This document shows positions 11,481 to 23,193 of a stretch of DNA of 64,000 bases, piece by piece. The stretch covers positions 1,798,001 to 1,862,000 of the forward strand of contig OZ281501.1 of the NCBI GenBank assembly GCA_965637545.1, read 5' to 3'. This stretch comes from Phallusia mammillata (Eukaryota). Under the pieces are notes generated by a model. The model saw only the letters and a list, made by a program, of their open reading frames with translations. It was not told where the DNA came from and ran no database searches. How positions within the stretch are numbered: position 1 is the stretch's first letter; the number at the start of each line of letters is the position of its first letter. Position numbers and translations under genes: made by a program.

Positions 11481-12905
11481 GACTTTGACTTTACTAAAAA
11501 ATCTTTGGTACTAAGCGATATAATCTTTCCTTGAAATGTTCAACCTACTGTACTGGGTTGCATCAATCTTTTTGCAGGGTTTTTCTGATTACTTTCTGGT
11601 TAACATTAATGCCATCACAACTGTTCCAGTCTCAAAACTGCAAATTTCGACGGATTCTGAAACATGCAGCTTTCACAGCATATAATACAATGAGTCCAAA
11701 ATAGCTTTAGGCTTGAAAGCATTTCATTCTGCAATCAAATGTGACAATTAATCCGATATCTCAGCGAAGAACATCGCATTAACAGGTGATTTCCGTGCTT
11801 GCCCGTTTGCTGGCGTTAAGCGATTACATCGGCAGTGCTCTACTTTTTTCTCCCGTGTACTTGTGCAGGTTGTAGGCGTCTTTGCTATTTCAAAAACGAC
11901 CTGGGGCACTTTTTAATTAGTAATGCATGAGTGGTTATTGCGGAGTAATTACTTCAGTGCGGTAGCCAAAACACAAAGTAGAATAATTCAACACAAAAGT
12001 CGGAAGTTTCAAAATAAATCTACAATGTGATACAAAATTCTCACAAAACACTTCAAATGGTTTCCGTTGTATTTGCAGGTCGCTGTTTTTGCTGCATTTT
12101 AATCGAACCTGTGCCCATGGGTCATTCGGCCGCCTGCCAGTGTACAGCAGTAGATGGCTTTAGAAGGCATGTTGTCGTTCTCAATCAGTTGTGTCGATAA
12201 CAACATAGCACTCATAGCATTATATTGTTACGAAATGCAATTTACAACTAGGTAGGTATAATGTATGGTATATGTTTTACCTAAAAATGCATGCAAGATG
12301 ATTGCAAACAGGGCAAATGAGTTGTCACGATCAGCTAATAGTTTGCAGTCACGATTTCAAGTGAGGTTTTTTGACTCGGTTTGCTAACATATCACTAAAT
12401 CTGTCGGTTGTGCTCACAAAAGTTAATTTAAAAGGTCTGCAGAGGCGGTATTATTTTCTTCAAGTCTATCTGCGCTTTGATTTAAGATTTCATAGCTTTT
12501 TGTTTTCATATAACTGAACAGGTCGATATGTGAAGCTAGAAAACGGATCAATTTCGTTTAAATGTTTACATGCATTGTGAGTTGAATCGAGTTTTTATGA
12601 ACCTGGGGTCAATAGTTATGAAATACAGGCAAATAACTTTTAACAAGTTACCTCTAAACTAAATTAACTTTTAAATACAAAGCGAAACACACAAACTATT
12701 AGAAAAAAAAATTAAAAAAATAAATAATGTAAAAGGTATTAAAAAAAAAACGTTTTGACTTAGGTATAGCAAAGGTATCTTTTGACAAAGTGCTGCTCTT
12801 ATTGCCTGGGGCGATTGTCTATTCTTATATTTAATCTGTAGGTTAGATATTTAAAGTATTTTATCCATGGTGTTGTCTAAGTTGCTGGATTAAATTTATT
12901 ACGCG

Positions 12906-13303
12906 ATGAAGACCAACTCTACAGATATTCACAACGCTTCAGATTTGCAAAACCCAGTCGGTATATACTGGGTGCCAGTCGTGGTGACGATAGCAGCATT
13001 TCTAGTCTTTGCGATATATCTTCTTATGGCCAGGCAAGGAGACTGTATAACATTAATTAAACGGATTTTTAACATTGACTGGAAAGATTTAAAGAAATTT
13101 AAATGCGATTTAATAAGCATGACATTTCGAATGTTATTTTCAGATTTCGATTGGTAGATGTGTCTTTGCCATCATCCGACAAAACATTTGATGGCCACGC
13201 GGTGGTGATAGAGAACAAGCGAAGTTCGCGAGCGTCTCTGACGAAGTCTTGGATTGACCGACCGGGCTATAATACGTACTGCGATGGAAATGCTGTCGTG
13301 TGA
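12906..13303 (+). CDS. Small single-pass membrane protein, about 95 aa, uncharacterised
   Basis: Exon 12906-13033, GC-AG intron 13034-13143 (CAG/GCAAGG...TTTTCAG), exon 13144-13303, phase 2 on both sides. Two N-terminal NxS sequons, hydrophobic IYWVPVVVTIAAFLVFAIYLLMA followed by RFR, polar tail. Confidence 0.5.
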
Positions 13304-14079
13304 ATTAACTTTGTGCACATAAAAATGTCCTACTTCATTGGTATTGTTAAACCCATTACAATGTGTAATATTGTAGGGATGCAGCTGTAAAATTGTTGTA
13401 CACTATGATATATTTGATGCTATGAGTTATTAACCATTGGTTTTACACTTATATTTTTATCGGCACTTCAATGAAACTTTGTTGTCTTTTTTTGTCAATT
13501 GTAAGTGTTTTGTATTTGTGGCAAGTTAAGTTAAACCAGTGGCCGATTTCAGCTCGATTTTTGCGACACTTTTTAGCGGACATATATATATTTACTAAAC
13601 ACGAGATAATGGTAAAACAGCTACGGCTAAAAAGAGATAAATAAAGTAGAGATAACATAAAAAACAAACAAGCATAGTAATTAGACTCCCAAACCAGTTT
13701 ACAGTTACGTTCAATTAAATGGAATACCATCAAATGCTTGACGTGTTATGCATATTCCTTAACTCTTGGCGGCCCTCTGGTGGGCAATGTGATATAACTT
13801 ATGAGCACTGCACAAACAGAATATTTGATAAACTTTCGTGCTTACGTCATACGATGCTCAAAACGCTTGCAATCTGTATTTTATTCCGGATAATAATCTC
13901 AACGTTGATAAAACTATTGAAAACGCGATCGACAGCAAAAAAAGAAAAGAAGTGTAATAAATATAATGACAACAGCCAGGTAACAAGGGGCATTAACAAA
14001 AACGCGGTTTAAAACGAACGACAGCAATAAGAAAAATTGTCTAATGGGGTAAAAGTCGCCACACACAATGACTGAAACA

Positions 14080-14137
14080 ACGTCATCACTGTGACGTCAT
14101 CCTGACGTCATGCATGTAACTAACATATCTGACGTCA
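14080..14137. promoter_or_regulatory. CRE cluster (3 x TGACGTCA plus a half site)
   Basis: Perfect palindromes at 14092, 14103 and 14130; ACGTCA at 14080. Confidence 0.5.
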
Positions 14138-15987
14138 TTTAGACAAACACATATTCGGAACTTGATGTGAACGGGGAACAACCGAATGGGAAAGTTTTTT
14201 TTCAAAGATGCTTTTATAGTTATTGACAGAAAAACCGTTGAATACAAGACTGTGATGGTTTTCCAGCTCTTTAGCGCCGCTTAGTGCGAGCACTCACCGC
14301 TGCTGCGTTGACGTTTTTGCCTGCACATAGAAATCATAAATGTTTCAGAAAAAAATTTCAGTTTAGAAAATACCGTAGGGCAGCCGAGAAATATATTCAC
14401 TAAAGACGTAAAGAACAACACAGGACAAGTTGGAGGGATTGTCAAAACAATTCATGCGAATTTGTGCTTCAGATTTGCATTGCAAAAAAAGTTACTGCAA
14501 TAATAAAGCCTTTGTGTTAAAGCCCGAGTACGCATGAGATGCAAAAGTGTTAAGTCATCGATTTCTGAGTCAGCGTTTTAAAAATTGACGTGGGTGTAGA
14601 AAGACAATGTGCTTTTGCACAATAAACACTGATATATCAATTCGAAAGGTCAAATGCGTATGAGGTGATCAAATTTTAAAAACCTTGTGCCAAAAGAGTT
14701 TTTGTGTGTTATACGCGTTAATTTAGGTAGACAGTAGTTTGTAGGGTGCAATGGTGCCATGGTAACTGTTTACAATTGTCTAACTTAATGATATAAGGAC
14801 TTTGTTTTATAAAGTATGTCCAAAAGAAAACAAAAGTAAATAGCTTTCTTCTTTAAGTAAATAATGCGAACTACACTTATATGGTTTGCGATTTTGGGTG
14901 AATTTGTTTTGGGTCCTTGACAGCCAGCATTTGACCTTTGCTAAAAACGGAAGATAAAGAAAAAAAACGAAAACGAAAAAGAAACATGGGCAAGAAGCGG
15001 GTAAGAGTGAGAAACTAAGGATTGAAGAAGCATACCAACATTTGAAGCTATTTGCACAAAAACACAGTCAAGCGAGAACTGCGGTGTGTTCCCGTAATTG
15101 CACAGTGATAGTTGATCGTGATGAGAGGTTGATCTTATTGTAGCATTTGAAGCATTTATGGTGTGCCATTACTTTACATGACGAAAAAATACAACTGAAT
15201 TAGCTTGTTAGCTATGACCCGATTTGTTAACAGAGTTTTAGCCAAGGTTTAATGTATAGGTGAACTGGCGAATGACAAAATGGGTTAATTGGCGCCACCA
15301 AGTGGGTTAAACAGAATTATTTTTACGTCACAGTATAGCGCTGTTTCGCTGAATGAAGGCGGTAGTGCAAATTGATAGTGCGACAGCAAACAATAGTGAC
15401 GGGATTTGAAGATTTTTTTTCGGGTTTATGTTAGGGTAGGTTAAAATCTTAGACATCCCAAAAGGTGAATATTGAAAGAAAAAAAAACGATGCACACCGG
15501 AAACGTAAAATGTAAAGTATAAATGTCGGAAAGCAATAAATAAATAAGTGCACGCGATTTCAAAGGAACTCGGGCGCGCACGTGGCGATAGGTTTTGCGT
15601 TTAACGCTTGAAGATATGGATTGTGGCAGGGGTAGCGCTAGAGAAAGTTTTTTTCTTTTGGAAGGGTGCTGTCAAATACCAAATTTGCCTATGTTTGAGT
15701 CTGATGTTTTTGTGCTATTAGAAATATCGAAACAAACAAAAAGTCCTCATCGACAAGCGTGGTAAAGTAAAATGCAAGCCTTAAAGGAAATCAAATTTAT
15801 GTGACAAAATAATTTTTGAAAGCGAATCAATTGAAAGCACAACAGGATAGTGATGCTTTCCAGTGTTTACGTCCTCTTTCTTCTCATGCGAACCTCACAT
15901 GCTCTGAAGCAAACGGGTTTAATCTGCTACAGCGCCACTAGCGGATCCCAGTTGCGTGAAAGCGTAATGCGCATGCGCCAACTACGG

Positions 15988-18900
15988 TCACCTTGCTGCT
16001 TGCTGGAACTGCAACATTTCTTGTTTTGAAATTTCCTTTACTCTCGTTTCCTTTCCGTGCATGGCAGAACAACCATTAAACAATATCAGCTCGTTCGTGT
16101 CCTTATGTTCCTCCTTAGCAGGGACAACAATAATGGGTGTAGTTTCAGTCGGGCGCCAGATCAGGGTTTGTGCGTTGTTGGCGCTAGGACGCACGAGGGC
16201 GCTAATGGGTATTTGTCCGATATAATTGCTGTTGCTGTTATTGTCCATGCCACGACGGCGATTTTTCACAGGGCTGTTGAAAAAGCTCTTCTCGCAAGGA
16301 CCGTTGGTGATGAGAGGTTGCTTCTGGATGCGAGGAGCAACAATACGGGATCTACTTCCGAGTTCTCGCGTGGGATCGATGTCAATTTCAAGGTAGAATT
16401 TCCATCGCACAGTTTTAAGCACAATTATCTCTTTAGTGGTTTCGTTGATGGCGGCTAACCACGTGACAAAACTCTGGTCACGGACGATTCTTGTGAGGTG
16501 AGCACTTGTTCCCTCGCTTACTGGGATATCCCACGTTACAGAAGGATAAAAGTTGTCGTTCATCTGCAAATGAAAATAAAACTATGAAATGCCGCTTTCA
16601 AACTGTTTAAATGTTCTGATTTAGTTAATTAAATTTAGGAACACTAGGTGAAAAAGTAACTTTGTCGAAAACAAAACAGCTCAAAATCCTGCATGTGATG
16701 ATTACTTTCTATTACAGGCGTATTACATTGCCATTATTAATGGACAAAATGATTCTAACGTCTTTCAAACTATTTGAACCGCGCTTCAAATTAACCATTT
16801 CCCCTTAATTCAAAAGCAGAAAAGACAAGATTGAGTATTTTCAACAAAAAGCAGTTTTTTGTTTAACTTTAGTTTGTGTATTCATACAAGCGTCGTGTGA
16901 TGTACAGTCCAACAGTTTGGTGTATTGCTAGGCACCTGAGGTTTGGTTTCAAATAATCTTTATACAAGGCAAGGTATCTCCATCTTTTTAGGCATCTCAA
17001 GAATTAAAAAAAAAATATTTTCTCTTGAAAACATAATCTAATAAAACGGGCATCTTCCAACTGAAATTAAAACATTCCGTAGGGGGGCGCAGTTGCACTA
17101 ACAATCAACATAGCGGAGACTTACCGTCAAATTCATGCTTCTATATGAATCTGTGGGACCGACGATGGTGGCAATCTCGGTGGTGTTGCCGTACCAGGGA
17201 TATGAAACTCCGTCGCTGTCGCTTACTGCTGGAATCCTTCCTGATTTAAGCGCTGGAATTTCCCAGCTTGAGCTGAAAGATGAAAGAGATGTGGATGACA
17301 AGTGAGATAGGGAAGTTCTTGATTAAACGACAAAGGAACAAAACTTAAACCGCAAAGGTCGAATGCACATGGCTGGGCTTTTGCTTCTGCAGCTTTATCG
17401 TTGTGAATGTAGTTGCAACGTTTACTAAGTTCAGCAAATCCACTTTAGTACAGCATTATTACAAGATTTCACAAGCACACCAAACCCCTTAGATTTTCCG
17501 GCTTTTGGCAAACCCTTGGTGCAGTTTTATTGAAACACCATGGACTGTAGGCACCATTTTTCGTGTATGTTCAATTACAAAGAGGTCAACAGATGTCTGT
17601 ATTAATGTCCGGAGAACAAAACTACAGACAATCGTGGTGCAAAAGCGAACAAAATACCCAAACATGTGAAAGGTCCATTATACTGCTCAACAATCGCATT
17701 GTGAAGGCCTTGGTCGTACCTGTTTTAGCGGTTTTTGTTCGGGACCTAATGGCGTCCCATGTAACACTACAGATTAATATGGTGGCTGACACGAATGCAA
17801 CAAAACCAATAACCCTGCACAGAACACACATCGACAAAACAGATACCTACTGCCTTGTTGAACTGGATGTATGTAAACACCAAACAATTAAAGGGATGTT
17901 ATACGCGCTCCTGTGTGACTAATTAGTTGTCGTTTAAAGCTCGATAACAGTGTTGGTAACAATTCTGGTGGACAGAAAGAATAGACGACAAATGTTCATA
18001 TTGTGCAATTGGATCAATAGGTTGTTTCCATTCGAATGATTGACAACAAGGACAATGTCCAAACTGTTGTGTTTAAACCGGTGTGTGCAAATTGGCCCAC
18101 ATTGTTGTAAAATTATGCCGGATACTGTCAAATGCTCCCCGCCCTGTGCTGGAGTAGTAAAGTATACGACCACCTGCAAATGTAATGCACAGTTGCACCA
18201 CATAGCTTCGAAAAGAAGCTTGTTATTAGTAGTTTAGGGGAAACTTTCAAAGTGGTTGCCTTTCAAGTCACATTGCTGTTTAAAATATCTGGGATAACTA
18301 CTTTTTAGGTAAATGACAATAGTCTCACAGTCACATACATATAATCTAGCTTCCACACTTTAAAAAACGTTACATGTACCAATACGACATTTCCACAATC
18401 GTTTTTTAAGCAATTGTTTTGTACCAACACAAAAATTTGTGACCATAAATGACATAAAATAACTGCGAGGCGCCATTTTGTCAGTTTTTAAAGCTTTACC
18501 ACGTTCAGTTACTTCCTTTTCGGAAGTTGAACAACACGACCTCTTATCACGTTCGGATTTTGGGTTGCTTTGTATTTATTGTTCACTGCAACAAATATAA
18601 CCAATATTTCTTTGTTCACATTTGCCTGTCACCCTTCTGAACTTAACAAGGGGGCAAGCGTTTATAAAGGATCAATTCATAATAGTTCTTTTGCACTGCG
18701 GTTATTACCAGGTTAAATTTGTTGTGGTTTTGGGTAAAACGCATATTCGCTGAATCTGACCTTTACATCAAAAATTAAGGAAACTTTTATCACTTAATAA
18801 CCTCTTCTGCCCTAATGCAAATGCAATGGCTTGAAACGCATTTTAACCAAACAGTTTTTGACATAAAATGTGGCAATGAAGCAATAGGAAAGTGGTTTAT

Positions 18901-21900
18901 GACGTCACAGCGCGTTTAGCTATTTGCAAACAGCTGCGCGTCTAAAAACTTTTGAACAGTGACTGTGACGCAACAACGATGCGATTGTTTGCGTGGAAAT
19001 CATCACTTCCGGCCCGCCCCCTCAAAATGGTCATCAACAGCGAAACCAGCAACAGCAAACAACAAGTGACAAACTGCTTTCGTATATTCGTCAGCGTAAC
19101 AGAGGTTAACTGGGGTCTCTTGTAAACATAAAGCCAACTTAAAGTAGCTCATGGCAAAAGAAATAACAAACACTCTAATCAACATGCCGTATTTGCTGGT
19201 GTGTATACACGCTTCGGGGCTGATCCCAGTTATGAATTTATGTTCATCTTAGCTGATCAGCAGAAACAATTATGAAGGGAAAAGATACATAATCTACTTG
19301 GTGCGATAAAGTTTAAACCTCAAATCAGCTCTATTCAACCACAAGTCTTCAAGTGCCATAGAAATACATATTTTTGTGGGACAGATAATCTACATATCTA
19401 AATGAGTTTATAATAGGCACCGGTTCATGCAAAACGTGCTAACCGTACGCACGCTTTATCAAGGGGAGGCATTTGTGACAATTTATGGCGGTATTGGGTG
19501 ACACCACTGATTAGAATATTCACAAAATGGTCGATACTTCCATGCGTTATAACTCCCTTGTGACAGGCTGCCCATACGTGCATAATAATTGCTTCAAGCT
19601 GCCACCAAATGTAACTGCTGCTATTAAGGGTGCCTCATATATGGTAGCATATGGCGTTTGAATCAGGAATTTAGGTTGCTAGTTGTTGAAAAAATTTACC
19701 CAAAAACATTGGGTCTTATATCGAATTTGATAATAGTTCGAAAGAGTAAACGAGTTTATAACAGGTAACGACGATTGGTGTAACTTAGCTCTAATGTTTA
19801 AATAGTAAAGTTGGCCATAAAGGTATAATAAACAAAATTGAGCGTCGGGTAACTTACCATCCAAGATTCCCGTATTGGTTGATAAATTTCATGTAGTCAC
19901 AAGCCTGGATCCATCCTACAGTCCAAGTCTCCTTTCGTCGAATCGGGGGCATGATGACCTGGGCGTTGGCGCGGAAATAAGGCGTCCTGTACCGGAGAAC
20001 AATCGGGGAATATTCTTCTATCACAGTCGGCGATTGATCGATGGTGGCCTGTACATCACTGTGTATGTTAGTACGGCATGGGCCCACTTTGGACTTGTTG
20101 GAGACGCTGTGGAAACATCCCATGTCAGTTTGATCGGGGGTGATTATACCCAGGTTTCTGTTTTTCGGTGACGCTGCTTGTGCGGCGTACAAAAGCTTGC
20201 TGAAAACAATCGAGGGATTAGACGAGGGAAGAGAGCTTGTTCCTCCGAAGAGAAGACAAAACGGATCGCAACAGTGATGAGGTTTTCTCCTAGGGTTCTT
20301 TGAGAGATCTTGCTCGTCAAAGCACTTGTGGTTGTTGGAAAACGATCGCTGCTTCGAAAGATCCTTGCTGAAGCCGAGATGACCTTGCAACTGATCTTGT
20401 GTTCGTCCACACGAATTTGATCGTTTAAACACGTTCAGGTGTCTTCGTTCCACAGTCCGAGGTCCGCTTGGCGTGATCAACGCAGTCGACTCCTCCGTTT
20501 GCGATGGACTTCGATTCTGCTGTTCACGTTTTGATTGACAAGCCGGACAACGCTCTTCGATCCTACAGAGACAACGGACACTTGCCGCTATGTCTTGATC
20601 AAAAGTGCTACTCTCAGTCTGTGCTTCCTTTTGCTGATGGTTGAGTCTGCCCGAAGCGGTCTCCTTTTGAGCGCCTCTCCTCTGACGTAACGGCAACGTC
20701 ACAGTCCTCGGCACCTGCTGTGACGTATATAACGCGTCACAGGTTTTGGTGTGAAACAGTGGCGACGAACAATCGCAAATTCGCGTCGTTTGTTTTCGCG
20801 CTGACTGTAGTGACTTGTTTTTAGCAGCGCAAGTCGTCGACGACGTCGGCTTGCTGGATGAGGTAGACTTGTGACGAGCAACTTGCAGCTTCAAGAGACC
20901 CGTGTCTGTGTGTTTTGCGACCAATAAGTCGCAGGATCGCGGTTCGCAGACCAGTTCGTCCAGTCCAGTGTGCTTTAGTCTTCTTCTTAAATACAAAGGT
21001 CGCTCGCTAGTGGTCGCATTCGTGTTCCTATTTAAGGCCAAGTAATCGCTGTTGTCCGTAAAATCGCCAAAGTTGTAACCCTGAAGAGGAGACAGATTTT
21101 CGACCTTCGTGGTTCTGGGAAGAAAGCTCCTTTGTGAATCAATCCCACGCTGAGCACGCCTGTACAGTCCTGGGTCAGACCTGGTTGGTTTTAGAGTGGA
21201 TTTTGTCCAGGAGCTGGGGTTGACAGTGGAACAATGAACACGCGAAACCCGCGAAACCGGCGCGATTTTTGTTATTGTGGTGGAAAACGTGTTGAAGTCT
21301 TCAAAGAGATGTAGTTTCTTGTTGGAATCCAGGTTTTGGACACAGTTTGATGTTGGAGTTTCGGTATCGGGAAAAGCCGGGAGTTTGGAGATCTCCTGGA
21401 GGGAGGAAAGAGGATTCGTGTTGTAGCTAAGTCTTCTTCCACTGCGCTTTGTGAAAATCTCTGTGCTATTTGGATCCTCTTCTTCAAGTCCCGACGTTAT
21501 TGAATCTTCTTCGTTTTTAGTTATTAGGTCACAATCTCCTACTGATGACACCACCGTTGAGTTGTCGTTGTTTTCGTTTGCGTTAGCTGAAACACGACAA
21601 AAATATTTGGCTATCAAATAAACAACTAAACTCAAATAGGTAATATGGAATTAACAGCAGTTTCAATAAAAGCAAACAATTATTATCTGACTCAAATGTT
21701 TCAAATTGAGAGGAACAGGGAAAAAGTTATCTTGGAAGTTTTTCGTTTAAATGTATAACCTTAAACAATGCTCAAACAAAATATATGTTTGACCCCACCT
21801 GTAAAAACGCTTCCCGCTCCAGATTGCAACAAAAGATTAGAAGTTCGTTCGCAGTCTGTATCTTTCGTAGTTTCGGTTAACCGTTGACGTTTGTTTTCTG

Positions 21901-22272
21901 TTTCTTGCAAGTTGGACCTGAAAACCATGTGATATATAGCCTTGCCTCTTATGTATAAAAGTAAAGTTATAATATTGAATAGTGTAAAACTTACTGAATT
22001 TTTCGTTTTCTTTCGCAAATGAAATCCGTATTTGACTGCACGTCCTTATTTTGACCAAAGGAGGCAGGTCGCTTTGAAACTAATCGCTGGATGTGGTCGT
22101 TTTGCCGTAAATCCGGATTTGCTTGCTGTGCTAAACTTTGAAGTACGTCCCTAATAAGTGAAGTCAAATCCTGGCCGTTGCACTCGCTGTGGTTGGCCTT
22201 CTGTGCAAGAGGCAGGAGGTTTATAGTCCTAGTGGTTGTTGGCGCTACCTCGTGTTGGCGCTTTTGTATCAT
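15988..22272 (-). CDS. FAM78: FAM78 family protein with a long N-terminal extension
   Basis: Exons 22272 (or acceptor 22344)-21995, 21917-21799, 21586-19858, 17272-17125, 16563-15988, phases consistent. Recognisable FAM78 motifs: MGCFHS, SPIVLRYRTPYF, TWTVGWIQAC, SSWEIP, SDSDGVSYPWYGNTTE, MNDNFYPSVTW, RDQSFVTWL, SANNAQTLIWRP. The 5' end is uncertain, and A versus B orthology cannot be assigned. Confidence 0.9.
18471..19030. promoter_or_regulatory. Promoter-like motif cluster inside a FAM78 intron
   Basis: YY1-like CGCCATTTTG at 18471, CRE at 18900, and ETS CACTTCCGG at 19004 abutting GC box CCCGCCCC at 19013 and CAAAATGG at 19023. Confidence 0.35.
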
Positions 22273-23140
22273 TGAGCTGGAGATGGGAGCCCGGCGTCCG
22301 ACATCCGGCCTTGGGGATGCACCGCTAGATGGCGAGAAGGAGCACTATGCATATCACATAAACTACGTGCAAGGCTCTTTGATGATCTGTGCAAGAGAAT
22401 ATAGGTTTATACATCGAAAGATTAAAGCTTAAAAAGTGAACACAACTTTTCGCCTGTTACTACATGTCATCAAAAACAAAACCTCTTGCTTGAGCCTACT
22501 TGTACAGGTCTGTTCTATCATATCATGAACACTTTAACATAATTGAATCAATTTTCCAAGGAACTAAATACATTGCAGAAACTATACAACAAATCAGTTA
22601 CGTTAAAAACCCTCAGATGATAACGAGGTTTACAGAAAACACTTAACCACCAAGCTAGTAGCGATGATCCAAATGAGACGTTGAAACGTCGGATGAGTAA
22701 TACATATTTGCCGGTTGAGCAAAAAGAAAACTTTTTGAACTATGCTGGCTGCCACACTATACTCATGTTTGTTACAATGACAGCAGCAGGTTAAGGTTGA
22801 TCTAATGCCCTACCGACCTTTGCTTCACACTGGTCTGTAGATACGATTAACATAGCGAATGACCTATTGGCGACAATAGGATTTAACAATACAGCTCTAC
22901 TTGGCGCATAATACATTAACAGTTAGAATAGGTTCGGGTTTGAAAATAGGTGCACTCAATACCTGATAACAGGTTTTATCTATTGTGCGTATCAATAACC
23001 GACAATTAAATGCCGTGTTTGATACCTCAATATACGCTTCATAACAATACACAGAAATCTGTTCCAAAAGCCTTTTAGCGATGTAACTTTACGTTTTTAG
23101 GATCATTATATTCCTCAGAATATACGCTAATAAAAGTATT

Positions 23141-23193
23141 TCTGTATAGGACGTCGAAACGTCGGAATAAAATTACATTTGCCAGAAGAGCTC
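23141..23193 (+). repeat. 3' half of the hammerhead-bearing repeat (a further degenerate copy lies at about 22676-22720)
   Basis: ctgtataggacgtcGAAACGTCGGaataaaattacatttgccagaagagctc matches the 6451 and 57671 family; there is no upstream CTGATGA. Confidence 0.55.

Noticed and set aside
15968-15978. NRF1-like TGCGCATGCGC
   Set aside because: A single site 10 nt past the FAM78 stop, with no supporting promoter context.
16057-16458. 133-aa plus-strand ORF
   Set aside because: Antisense shadow of FAM78 last exon.
19875-21487. Several short ORFs overlapping the large FAM78 exon
   Set aside because: Alternative-frame or antisense shadows of GC-rich coding sequence.
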